A stretch of 64,000 nucleotides of DNA, from assembly GCA_001643675.2 (NCBI GenBank), contig LSRY02000035.1, positions 1 through 64,000 on the forward strand, in the 5' to 3' direction. The notes beneath the pieces are model-generated. The model did no database searches. It saw only the letters and a list, made by a program, of their open reading frames with translations, and was not told where the DNA came from. A program made the position numbers and the translations under genes. Each line of letters starts with the position of its first letter. Within the stretch, counting starts at the first letter, position 1. This stretch comes from Monocercomonoides exilis PA203 (taxonomy: Eukaryota; Protista; Preaxostyla). Positions 40,149-50,915 of the stretch are shown piece by piece.

Positions 40149-40988
40149 ATGGGAGTAGGAGTAGGAGCCTATATTAAGGGCTCTGTCGCTTACCAGATCT
40201 TTGACATGGAAGTATCGGCTGCTGGACCTGCATCGGGACTGAGCGGTATTTTTACCCTCGGCGGATCAACGGGCGGCGTGGGCTTATCTCAGCCTACCTC
40301 CTCAAGCAGTTCACTTGCTTCCGACCAATTCCCAGCGACCTCACAACCAGCTCCGACAGATCTGACAGATAACCAAGCTCCGTCATTTTCTTCGCGTAGT
40401 GCCGCCTTACTTAACGATAACATCAATTCTTCTGTATTTGATCTTCACATTAATTCCGCAGACGTAGCGACAACAGTTGAACATTATGAATCCATGGCTT
40501 GCACACCATTTATCCCAGCCAGAACTCACCCTCATGCAAGATCATCAAATTGGCAAAAAGACGCGCTCGATTCCAGCGGCTACAGAGTGGAAAGATATCT
40601 AATCCCCGCATTAAAGGCCTTGATCATGTCTCGCCCAGAAGGTGAAGCCAGAAAAGAGAGGACATCAGACGCAATGCTTCTTATTGTTGCAGCGCTCCAG
40701 GAGGCACGCCACAAAAGAATTCAAGCCGAGTTTGGGTTTGATGCGGTTCGCGCTCTCAGAGAAGACCAGGAAGACCCCCTCGTTTCCAGCGACAAACTGG
40801 CAAAGATCACACCATTACTAGAAGCATGGAAAACAAGAAGAGAGGCAATCATCAGAGCACAACGCGCGAGAACTCATTTTATTCGGAACCCGTCCTCCCA
40901 AGGAGGCACCCGTTCAGAAGGAAGGTCAAGCAGGACATCTCAGAGAGTGGCCCGTCCATCGAGAGCACCAGGATCTTGGAGAAGGTAA
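40149..40988 (+). CDS. DIRS ORF1, gag-like (start may be the ATG at 40206)
   Basis: First ORF of the element, basic C-terminus, homologous to the gag remnant at ~23900-24750. Confidence 0.8.
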   Translation: MGVGVGAYIKGSVAYQIFDMEVSAAGPASGLSGIFTLGGSTGGVGLSQPTSSSSSLASDQFPATSQPAPTDLTDNQAPSFSSRSAALLNDNINSSVFDLHINSADVATTVEHYESMACTPFIPARTHPHARSSNWQKDALDSSGYRVERYLIPALKALIMSRPEGEARKERTSDAMLLIVAALQEARHKRIQAEFGFDAVRALREDQEDPLVSSDKLAKITPLLEAWKTRREAIIRAQRARTHFIRNPSSQGGTRSEGRSSRTSQRVARPSRAPGSWRR

Positions 40989-42883
40989 TTGTAGGAGGGC
41001 GGACTCAGCTGGCCGCGGAAGAATGGGATTCATTGGGTGTTCACAGCGTTATACGAGAAGGAATCAAACCAATCTGGAGGGGGAAGTGTGCAAGAGATCG
41101 CTTGAAGAAGGAGGTGGATGCTGGGAGAGGCTTCCGTGGCACCAAGCAGGAAGAAGAGGAATGCGCAAAGTGGGTTCAGGAAGGCCTAGCGACGAGGGTC
41201 CTGGTTCAGCTTCCACCAGGTACAGCAAGATGTCTCAACACGCTGTTTTTCGTCAAGAAGAAGAACGGCAAATACAGGCAGATATTGGACTGCAGACCTC
41301 TCAGCAGCGCAGTGAAAGAAACACACTTCAAGATGGAAGATCACAGGACTCTTGAGAAGTTACTTCAAAAAGAGGACTACGCAACAACAATAGATTTGTC
41401 ACAGGCGTTCTTTCAAATTCCTGTTCACCCTTCTTTCGTTCCCTTTCTTGCTTTCACTTTCAGAGACAAAACATACGCCTTCAAAGGAATGCCCTTCGGC
41501 TACAAGGACGCGCCCCGCATCTTCACACGTTTGATGAGGAAAGTCTCGCAAGAAATACGACAAAGATGGGGCCTGCGCTGCCTAGCTTATTTGGACGACA
41601 TCGTACTGCTGCATCAAGACCCGAGCAAACTTCAGAAAGCAACCAAGGAGATAACCGCATGGCTTGGAGGGCTTGGACTGTTGGTCAACTTCGACAAGAG
41701 CAGGCTGCAGCCGAGACAGACATTCGACTATCTAGGATGGACATGGAGGACGAAGAGAGGTACAGTCAGCTTGGAGCGGGAGAGATGCAATTCCTTGAGG
41801 AAGGAGTGCAAACGGTGGATGAGACTTGCAAGGAGAAACTCAGAGGTCAAGACCAAGAGCTTTGCATCGTTTGTAGGTCTCATCAGTGCCACACGGTTCG
41901 CCATCAGAGACGCTTCGCTTCAAATGAACAGATTATACAGGGCTCTCAACAGAGCAGTGAAGAAGGAAGGATGGAATACGACTATGAGAGTCAACCCCTC
42001 GATCATCAAGCAGATTCATGAATGGAAGACGAGACTGAGAGAGAAAGAGGAAAGACCTTGGATATCGTTTGCAATTCCAGACGCGACGTTGACAACCGAT
42101 GCTTCACCTCGGGCCTGTGGTGCAACCCTCCGAATAGGCAGCTCTCTGTTCCACTTTCACCAACCTTTCAACAAGGCTTTTATCAGCCAATCCTCCAACT
42201 TCAAGGAGATGTTGGCTGTCTTAATGGCCCTCAAGCACTTCCTTCCCCTTATCCTGGGGCGCCACATACACACAATCTAGCTAAGATCAGACAACACGAC
42301 GGTGGTCTACGACATCAATCGCTGGGCAGCGGGAGCGAATCTTCTCTCTCTTCTGAGGAAAATCCGAAAGACGATAACAGAATGGAACATTCAGATGAAG
42401 GCTGTCCACCTACCGGGAACAAAGAACACGACAGCAGACGCACTCTCAAGGCAACAGCGCGCTGGAGACTACGAAATCACAAACGAAGCATTAAAAGAGC
42501 TGGAGCATCAGTTGGATCTTACAGTCGAACAGGACGCCTTTGCAAGCGCCACAAACAGGAAAGCAATGACTTGGTTTGGACCAGGAAGTCCAGAGCTGGA
42601 GGACGGACTTCAAGCAGATTGGAAAGGAGCGGTGACGCTAGTTCATCCACCAGTTCCTCTGATTCTTCCTTGCCTCAAGAAGATACAGGAAGAACACGCG
42701 AGAGCAGTGATTCTTCTTCCAGCCTGGAGGTTCCAGGACTGGACACCTCTTCTGAGAGAGATGACGACATCTTACATGAGATGGAGCGATTCGAGGAAAA
42801 TACTGAGGGCAGGCCCAGGAATGAAGAGGTCGGGAGCATCACTTCCTCCGGAGGTGAACTTGGCTGCAAGACTCAACTGGTAG
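40826..42883 (+). CDS. DIRS pol: reverse transcriptase + RNase H + Dam-like methyltransferase domain; one in-frame TAG at 42278-42280
   Basis: RT motifs KKKNGKYRQILDCR, IDLSQAFFQI, MPFG, YLDD; RNaseH LTTDAS, SNFKEM, I*LRSDN, NTTADALSR; MT DAFAS..N.K..W..VHPP..P.W..Q.W. Confidence 0.92.
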
Positions 42884-43959
42884 CACAAAGAGGTGAACAG
42901 TGGTGGATCAGCAGCCTACAGAAATGCGGAGTTCCTCAATCACTGATCGCGGAGACCAAGAACAGTGTTTCGCCTTCAACATGGACAGCCTACACCTTTG
43001 GATTTGCACATTTTGGACAGATTTGGACAGAGGAAAATTGTGGAGAGTTTCCGAGTGACTTTGGAGAGTGGTGCAGAAGATGCGCCATGCTCTTTGTGAA
43101 GCTGAAGGAGAAAGGATTCCCCTTCACTTGCTTGTGTGCCACGAGATCCGCGGTGTCCCTGTTCTCCAGGCTAAGTTACGGAGATGATATTGGGAAAATA
43201 CCAATCATAAAGACAATCTTCCGCTCGTTTCACCGTTCACACGTTCCGAGAAGACCTTACACATACATGTGGTCCTTATCACTGGTGTTTGACTATTACA
43301 ATTCACGACCATGCAACACTGACCTATCCTTCTTCGAGCTTACAGTGAAGTGTATCTTGCTATGTGTCCTGTTTACAGCCTGCCGCTTTCACGAGCTTGA
43401 GCTACTCTCCATGAGCAAATCTATATTCAACAATGATGCCATCCACCTTCACACCCACCTGAAAACATCCATTCCCCCGAGTTATTTAACAATCCCCTTC
43501 TTAAGTGAGGCAGACGAAAGGATTTGCCCTGCAAGAGCAGTAGATTGCCTTTGGGAGAGAGTTCGTAGAACATACGAGTCAAGAGACACCTTCTTGCTGA
43601 ATACAACTCACCACACTCCACTTAAAACATCAGGAATCAGGAGACAAGCGAGGCTTGGAATGACACAAGTGGGGATCCCACAGGAATTCAGACCTTACAC
43701 GATCAAGCATGCAGCCATCTCAGCTTTAACCTTGAAGGGAATACCGGAGGTGCTAATAGCCAGACACGCACGCCTATCACCAACAGCGCACACCCCCACT
43801 AAATGTTTCTTCAGAACCAACCTAGCATCCAGTATGGCACACGCACTGATAGCACCCCAACAGGAAAACCAAACGTCCCTCACGCGATTCGGCCCATCTT
43901 CCGCACCTCATATAGCTCCTCCACCAACAGCCAGACCACCTGGCTTAACAACCCTCTAA
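42022..43959 (+). CDS. DIRS tyrosine recombinase (true start probably near 42770-42890); atypical catalytic residues
   Basis: STWTAY N-terminal helix, LTVKCILL..TACRFHEL box I, LKT, ICPARA, then PYTIKH and TKCFFR in place of HxxR and Y. Confidence 0.88.
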   Translation: MEDETERERGKTLDIVCNSRRDVDNRCFTSGLWCNPPNRQLSVPLSPTFQQGFYQPILQLQGDVGCLNGPQALPSPYPGAPHTHNLAKIRQHDGGLRHQSLGSGSESSLSSEENPKDDNRMEHSDEGCPPTGNKEHDSRRTLKATARWRLRNHKRSIKRAGASVGSYSRTGRLCKRHKQESNDLVWTRKSRAGGRTSSRLERSGDASSSTSSSDSSLPQEDTGRTRESSDSSSSLEVPGLDTSSERDDDILHEMERFEENTEGRPRNEEVGSITSSGGELGCKTQLVAQRGEQWWISSLQKCGVPQSLIAETKNSVSPSTWTAYTFGFAHFGQIWTEENCGEFPSDFGEWCRRCAMLFVKLKEKGFPFTCLCATRSAVSLFSRLSYGDDIGKIPIIKTIFRSFHRSHVPRRPYTYMWSLSLVFDYYNSRPCNTDLSFFELTVKCILLCVLFTACRFHELELLSMSKSIFNNDAIHLHTHLKTSIPPSYLTIPFLSEADERICPARAVDCLWERVRRTYESRDTFLLNTTHHTPLKTSGIRRQARLGMTQVGIPQEFRPYTIKHAAISALTLKGIPEVLIARHARLSPTAHTPTKCFFRTNLASSMAHALIAPQQENQTSLTRFGPSSAPHIAPPPTARPPGLTTL

Positions 43960-44149
43960 CCGACGAATATCACATTCCAACAGCAGCCTCCTCCCGAACT
44001 CACCAAAGACTTGAACACTCGAGACCCAAACCCACAGACAGAAGAAACGACTAAGGATTGCAGCAGATTTGAGCTTACAACGATAAGAACAATTCAGACA
44101 AGTGAAATAAGACACATTCAGGCTGACAGATAACAATCCCAACTACTTA

Positions 44150-44250
44150 TACTCCCATAACAAGAGGTGTTGTAGTTGATCGTTTGTTCTGGAGAATTAA
44201 GGTACTCTGAACTTTAATTCGTAAAGAACAAACAAAACTACAACACCTCT
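44150..44250. repeat. DIRS internal complementary region (ICR)
   Basis: 44150-44219 is the reverse complement of the left end 40088-40158 (one mismatch); 44221-44250 is the reverse complement of the right end 44483-44512. Confidence 0.95.
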
Positions 44251-45375
44251 TTGTCCCACCACGAGTAAACTCTTCCCACCCTTTGCTTTTATAATAATAA
44301 GTTTTAACCTTTTCAATTTTGCACATTTCGTGCCACAACAACCTCTGTGCACTTTGTTTTTTGCACAATTTAACCTCACTTTAAATTTTCTTCAATTTTT
44401 TTTTTTTCTCATCCACCGTTTTCACTTCATTTGGTAAGCGAAAGAGCCCTTAATAAAGGCTCCTACTCCTACTCCCATAACAAGAGGTGTTGTAGTTTTG
44501 TTTGTTCTTTACAAAAACATAAAAATTCCATTATAACATTTATTTATTGAGTTATTTCTTTTATTTGAATTATTTGTATCACAGAACCCAACAAGTTTAA
44601 TTATTGTATGTAGATAATTTAAATTTAAGAATGATTTAATAGCATAACTTTTTTAGATAATTCGAATGAGCTATCATCAGAAAATGAATTATTGATTGAT
44701 TTATTCCATTTTTGTGTAAAAACGCAAAACCAATAATTTGATGATATTGTTTTTATTTAGACGTTCAAATGTTACGATCGATGTATTTCTATTCAGAGCG
44801 ATTTCAGATATTAAAGCGAAGAAATGAAACAGCAAATGTTATTCTATGTGAAATGGAGCCAACAAATTATGTTTAGGATTTTCGATAATTCTTGAGACGA
44901 AAATGAACGAAAATGAAATTTTATGAAGGACAAAAACAATATGAGGAGTTGGCTTCCATCTTTTTTTATTTTTAACAAGGATTCAATTTTCATTTTCATT
45001 TTCAAAATGCGATGTTAGGTTCTTGTAGCATCAGCTTTCAGTCAATTAGCACACATGAATTGAAGAAAAAGGGAAGAAGATGAACATAAATATGAGGAAA
45101 TTAAGGAAAACGTCGGTTAAGTTGGAAGGGATTGAGCTGTTTGAAGATGAAATTGGGTGGAGTTTGTGTTGTTTGTGAGGGAGTGTGATTGTGGTGAAGG
45201 GATGTGGTGTGGAGATGGGGAAGGATAATGAGATGAGGGCATTTAAGTTGGGCAGGTGCAGAGGGATGTTTTGGAACATCATGCTGAGAGGAGTTGGAAG
45301 GGGAGGAAATGTGTGTGGGAGACTGTTTGGAGGAGATGGGAGGATGGGGCAGACGAGAAGTGAGAGAGAAGGTGG

Positions 45376-45955
45376 AGGAGGAAGAGGAAGAGGAAGAGGA
45401 AGAGGAAGAGGAAGAGGAAGAGAAAGAGGAAGAGGAAGAGGAAGAGGAAGAGGAAGAGGAAGAGGAAGAGTAAGAGGAAGAGGAAGAGGAAGAGGAAGAG
45501 GAAGAGGAAGAGAAAGAGGAAGAGGAAGAGGAAGAGGAAGAGGAAGAGGAAGAGGAAGAGGAAGAGAAAGAGGAAGAGGAAGAGGAAGAGGAAGAGGAAG
45601 AGGAAGAGGAAGAGGAAGAGGAAGAGGAAGAGGAAGAGGAAGAGGAAGAGGAAGAGGAAGAGGAAGAGGAAGAGGAAGAGGAAGAGGAAGAGGAAGAGGA
45701 AGAGGAAGAGGAAGAGGAAGAGGAAGAGGAAGAGGAAGAGGAAGAGGAAGAGGAAGAGGAAGAGGAAGAAGATGAAAAGGAGGAGGAGGAAGAAGAAGAA
45801 TTTTTCGATTTTGATGAAAGAGAAGAAGAAGAAAATGGATGAGAAGAAGAAGAAGAAGAAGAAGAAGAAGAAGAAGAAGAAGAAGAAGAAGAAGAAGAAG
45901 AAGAAGAAGAAGAAGAAGAAGAAGAAGAAGAAGAAGAAGAAGAAGAAGAAGAAGG
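45376..45955. repeat. (GAGGAA)n hexamer array (~65 units) followed by (GAA)n
   Basis: Direct inspection; the poly-RG/LP/S/F ORFs here are by-products of the repeat. Confidence 0.97.
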
Positions 45956-46250
45956 AGAAGGAATAAACGATGATGACGAACAAATAGGAAAAGTTGATTG
46001 AAGGTTGAAAATTGTGAAGGCAAATAATAACAAATAAAAACAGATAGTTTCAATGAAATTTCTATTTCTTTTTTCTTCTTTTCTTTTTGCGTTCTTCTGA
46101 CAAATAAAATCTTCCAATTCAACCATCTTCCTCCACACTCACAACCCCATCGATGGAGCCATCCTCCCCAACCTCAATAGCCCATCTACTTCTCTCTCCG
46201 CCTTCAACACCTCTTTTCTCCACCAAACACGCTCTTCACCAAATGCTGCT

Positions 46251-48248
46251 GTGGTTCATGAAGGAAATGAAACTCACAGAAAATCACCTGGAAGGTTGAC
46301 TTCTTTTGATGAGAACAACCACAGATTCGAATGGTGCGAATGGAATAATTCAAACAGTGGAAATGAATATGGCGGTGCACTTTTTGTTGAATGCACAAAT
46401 GCAAATCTCACAATCACTTCTTGCTCATTTAACAATTGCTACTGCACAGGAAATGGTGAAGGAGGCGCATTATACTGCATATATTTGTTAAAAGTCAATT
46501 TTTCAAAATCCAACTTTTTGAACTGCCAGGCGAGACACGGAGGGGCTGTTTATGTGGGGTATCCTCAATCCAATTCTGTTTGGACATTCTCAGAAAACAG
46601 AGTTGAAAATTGTTCAATAACAAGCTGGAGAGGAACGGGTTATTATTTTTGGCTCAACAATATGAGTTCAAGTTGTCAATTCCTGTTTTCCAAATGCAAG
46701 TGCATTTCAAATTCTGGTGGCGATTCAACAGGTTCTTTAACATTTCGTTATCCTCCAAGCAACAAACCGAGTCAATTTTCAATCGTTGAGTGCCAGTTTA
46801 TAAATAACAAATTAACTGCCTCTGTCAAATATGGAGGTGCTGCAATTTTCTTCAATTCAACTTATTCCTGGATGAGCGGGCTCAAATTCATCACATTTTG
46901 TTTCTTCGATGGAAATACCGACGCAAATGGTAGAGGAAACGATGTGTTCTTCAGTGGAAGCAGCATCACTCAATCTCCATTTGAGAATTGTGGCTCAACA
47001 ACCCCAACACAAAGAGTGTGGAATCAAGGAACGGCTGACAATGCAGTGTACAATGGCTGGCTCCCTCTCATCGCCCAGAATAAAATCGTTGCCAGCAATG
47101 GAACCAATACAGATGCCTGTGGCAGACCCCAACAGACCCCATGCGCCACCATCGAGTATGCCCTCAACTGCTTCATTTCCCTCCTCCACGACGCCTCTCT
47201 CACCCTCCTCACCTCAGCATTTGTTCCTCTTCAAACACTCACCTTCAGCGCTGCTGACACTAAAATCACTGGAAACGGAACAGATGCCACCACCATCGCC
47301 TCCAGTAGCATTCCCCAACCACAAAACTCACATTCACAGTCATCACAACCAACATCATCATTTTCTTCATTTTCATCATTATCATCTGTATCTTCTTCAC
47401 CAGATCCATCTGTCACTTCTGCCCTCTTCCAACAAACACAGGGCTCCCTCACAGTCTCTGCCCTCGCCATCGCCCACAACTCCTCAAATCAAATCACCCC
47501 CATCCTCTTCCACCTCTCCCAAAACTCCCCTTCCCTCAACCTCAACACAACCACCATCACCGGAACAACCTCCATAACAATAAAAACACCCCTCTTCTTC
47601 CTCACTGCTGGCTCCCTCGCCCTCAACCACACAGCAATCACCCAACTCTCCCTCAACAGCCAAAGCATCTTCCACCTCACCTCCCTCACAGCTCCACTCA
47701 CCCTCAACTCCTCCAACATCACTGACATCACCTCCACAGCAACCCCCACCAGCTGTGTCCTCTCCTCTGCCACCTCCCCTGCCTTCTCCCTCTCCCTCGC
47801 CAACTGCACCATCACCAACATCAACTCAGAACAGTTGAACCAACAGACTGCCACAGATGGCGGGTGCATCTCATTTGCCTCGTATGCCCCTGCCAACACA
47901 TTTTCAGTGAGTGACACCACCTTCTCCAGCTGCTCTGTGAGCGAGGATACAAGTTCTGGAGGAAGAGGCGGTGCTCTCATGATCGAGTACAAGGATAAAT
48001 CAGAAGTGTCGTCAACAACCTTTTCCATCACCAATATCGTGTTTTCAACCAACAAGGCCAGTGTCCGAAGAGATATGTATTTTGTGTGTGAGTCCCTTTC
48101 AGCTTCTGTGAACGAATCTTCCTTCGCCTTCATGACAAGCACCACTCAGAAAGACACCTCGGTTGTTGGACATTATAGAACAGAAGCAATTGGAATTTCA
48201 ATTAATAAATCTTTATCAAAGGGCATACAGCTAACAATGAATATGTGA
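46251..48248 (+). CDS. Pmp-like / pectin-lyase-fold beta-helix protein (probably part of a longer, partly decayed gene)
   Basis: 665-aa ORF with repeated GGA(L/V/I) and FxxN/FxxC motifs, a CG..QTPCATI motif and an S/T-rich region. Confidence 0.75.
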   Translation: MVHEGNETHRKSPGRLTSFDENNHRFEWCEWNNSNSGNEYGGALFVECTNANLTITSCSFNNCYCTGNGEGGALYCIYLLKVNFSKSNFLNCQARHGGAVYVGYPQSNSVWTFSENRVENCSITSWRGTGYYFWLNNMSSSCQFLFSKCKCISNSGGDSTGSLTFRYPPSNKPSQFSIVECQFINNKLTASVKYGGAAIFFNSTYSWMSGLKFITFCFFDGNTDANGRGNDVFFSGSSITQSPFENCGSTTPTQRVWNQGTADNAVYNGWLPLIAQNKIVASNGTNTDACGRPQQTPCATIEYALNCFISLLHDASLTLLTSAFVPLQTLTFSAADTKITGNGTDATTIASSSIPQPQNSHSQSSQPTSSFSSFSSLSSVSSSPDPSVTSALFQQTQGSLTVSALAIAHNSSNQITPILFHLSQNSPSLNLNTTTITGTTSITIKTPLFFLTAGSLALNHTAITQLSLNSQSIFHLTSLTAPLTLNSSNITDITSTATPTSCVLSSATSPAFSLSLANCTITNINSEQLNQQTATDGGCISFASYAPANTFSVSDTTFSSCSVSEDTSSGGRGGALMIEYKDKSEVSSTTFSITNIVFSTNKASVRRDMYFVCESLSASVNESSFAFMTSTTQKDTSVVGHYRTEAIGISINKSLSKGIQLTMNM

Positions 48249-50129
48249 ATGATCATCTTGGCATCAAAGCAATGAATTGCTGGATATCAAAGATGCCCTT
48301 CAAGAGGACACACAACGCGATGATTTATCTGAAGAAGTTGAAGAACGTTGGTAAATAATATTAAATATGCAGACAAATAGCGAATTTATGTGCAAATGAA
48401 GGCAAAGTCAAAGATATTTGAAGAGATGGCACAAAGACACAAAATAAGAAATTTCCTCAAAAACACTTTTGATTGATAAATCATCACATGTCTGCTGTAA
48501 ATTCTGCTGTTTCATAGAAATTCCTTTCAAAAATGAATTTTCCTCTAAATCGCTTTTCTTTATCGTCTCATCTTCTGCGACATGTTGAATGCTCAAAGAA
48601 TAGTGCAATCTGCCGAATACTATTTCGGAACTCATCCATTTCATAAAAGAATTGCTCTAATACTCTTTCTTTTTAATCTGCGCCTCTTTCAGCTTCCAAA
48701 TAAAAAAGGTAAAATCGTCCTCCTTTTTTGATTTCGCTCCGACTGATCAACTTTTTTCGACTCGAAATCACGTCTATTGCTATTTAAATTTGGCTACATT
48801 TTGTAATAGAATGAATATACGTTTTGTACTTTCGAAAAGAAAATAAAAGACAAGGCTTATCCCTGAATTTGACGAAAGTTAAATGAAACGAATGCAAAAA
48901 CATTTTTTGTTTCTTATCGAAGAAGAAGAAGAAGTCAATTTGAATGAAATGAATTCGCCCATATGGCTTTTTTCGCACCAAGATTGGAGAAAAAATGTAG
49001 ACTAGTTCAGTGAATGATTGTTGAGACAAAGAAATGCAAGTGAAATAATTGTTAGTTCAATTTTGCGTCTCTGTTGATTTGAGCGTATGAATGCAACAGA
49101 TAGTTGATATTCCGATTCAACTCCAAGCGAGTGAAGATGGCATTGAAAAAGTTGGAGGAGTTGAAGAAGAAAATGATGATGATGATGATGATTAAAATGA
49201 AGGAGCATGAAAATGAAGGAGATGGAGAAGGAAAGAGAAGAGAAAGACATGGAAATTAATCTGTGGTTTCTCTTTGTCATAAGGAAATTGCAAATAATAT
49301 TATTGCACACACTGACTTGAGAATGAAGATAAAAAAAATAACACAGATGATGATGAAAGCGAAGGAGGAGAAGAAGGAGAAGAAGGAGAAGAAGGAGAAG
49401 AAGGCGAAGAATGTGAAGAAGGAGAAGAAGGCGAAGAATGTGAAGAAGGAGAAAAAGGAGAAGAAGGAGAAGAATGTGAAGAAGGGTCAGAATACGATGC
49501 AGAAGAAGATTGTTCTGCTTGTTTTGACGTTGATGGTGATGAATGAGATGACAAAGACGAAGAAAATGAAGAAAATGAAAAAGAAGGAGAAGGAGTGTTG
49601 TGTGCAGAATATGTCTGTCGGAGAAATAGAAGCTTTCAGATTGCATTTCTCCGAATGTGAATGTTCTCATTGGCTTATTTTGGAATTCATAAAAAGATGA
49701 CGATAAGCTGAAGGAATTAAATAGCAATGGAAAGAGGAAGATGAAAAAGATGAAAGGGAAGAAAAAGACGATGAACATGAAAACAAAAGGAAGAAGACGA
49801 AGAAAAAGACGAAGAAGAAGACGAAGAAGAAGACGAAGAAAAAGACGACGAAGAAGAAGACGAAGAAGAAGAAGATGTTGATGATTAAGATGAAGACTAA
49901 GAAGGCGAGGAAGAAGGAGAAGAAGGAGAAGAAGGAGGAGAAGTTATGATGATGCTTTGATTGGAAACTTGTGCAATATGAAATTGGACAAAGACCAATC
50001 ATTTGGGGAAAGCGTTGGAAAAGGAAAAGTGAAATTGATAGAGACGAGGAGGAGAGATGAATGCTAAGTGACTGAAAGCACCTTTTTTGAATGAAATAAA
50101 ATTGTTAATAAGGAAATAGCGATATTGGA

Positions 50130-50548
50130 GGGACGAATGTGGAGGAAATAAAGATTCTCTATGAAAGAAAAGAAGAGGATTCATTGTTTGGCTTCTATTC
50201 ATCTTTATCAGAACTCCCACACTTTCTCTATTGATTGCTTTCTCTTCTCCTTCTCCTTCTTCATCCATCCCTCTTCCTTCAGCAAGCGCCTCGATGATTT
50301 CCGACGCGTTGTTCCGCACAATCTCCTGTGGCGAGTACATCAGCTCGGCCAGCTCGTTAAACAGCGCTTTGTCGAGAGAGCTGGCAAACAGCTTGAACGA
50401 CTTGCTGGTAAGCGAGAGAAGGATGGAAGAAGCCTTGTCGATGTATTCAGCGCAACGCGAGTGCAGCAAGCGGAGGATGAGCTGGAGAATCCGGTGGCGC
50501 AGGAACACTGAGTGGAACTTGGCACCGTTGGTGATGAACTTGTTGGTC
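50130..50548 (-). CDS. Helical-repeat (ARM/HEAT-like) exon of a hypothetical gene
   Basis: RILQLILRLLHSRCAEYIDKASSILLSL..LAELMYSPQEIVRNNASEIIEALA amphipathic repeat pattern. Confidence 0.4.
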
Positions 50549-50915
50549 ACACAAAGAGAAGAAGAGACAAGAGGATACAAGCGAAAACTGGATGTGAATA
50601 TAATTGTGTGTTTGTGAATAATTAAATGCATAAGCGAAAAAGTGGGTAAAAAAAAGAAGAAAGAAAATATTGTGAAAAATAATTCGATAATTAGTTTCTG
50701 GCAAACCCCATGAATCTGATTAATTGCTTTGCAACAGCACCATTCAGCAAACAACATTTATTCACTTAGCAAGACAATTGAAAAATCACTGCTATTAGTC
50801 CACCATCATAACTATTCATCATTTGAGGGTGAACAAAAAATTTAAATAAAGATAAATAGTTGAAAAGCAAAATACAGATAAAAAAAAATAATTGAAACCA
50901 TTAATCAAATATTTT

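Larger units (their letters stand above)
40088..44512 (+). mobile_element. DIRS1-like tyrosine-recombinase retrotransposon, full length (4.4 kb)
   Basis: ITRs (40130-40195 vs 44432-44497), an internal complementary region at 44150-44250, and overlapping gag, pol and YR ORFs. Confidence 0.95.

Noticed and set aside
42278-42280. TAA/TAG reassigned to Gln, as in some oxymonads
   Set aside because: Long Gln-containing ORFs (559, 665, 484 aa) have no internal TAR, TAA/TAG end gag, pol and the GTPase, and other in-frame TARs align with Lys or Thr.
45046-46138. Long poly-LP/S/F/RG ORFs
   Set aside because: By-products of (GAGGAA)n and (GAA)n repeats; the same applies to the SIYL ORFs at 7691-7977 and the KKV ORF at 12906-13103.
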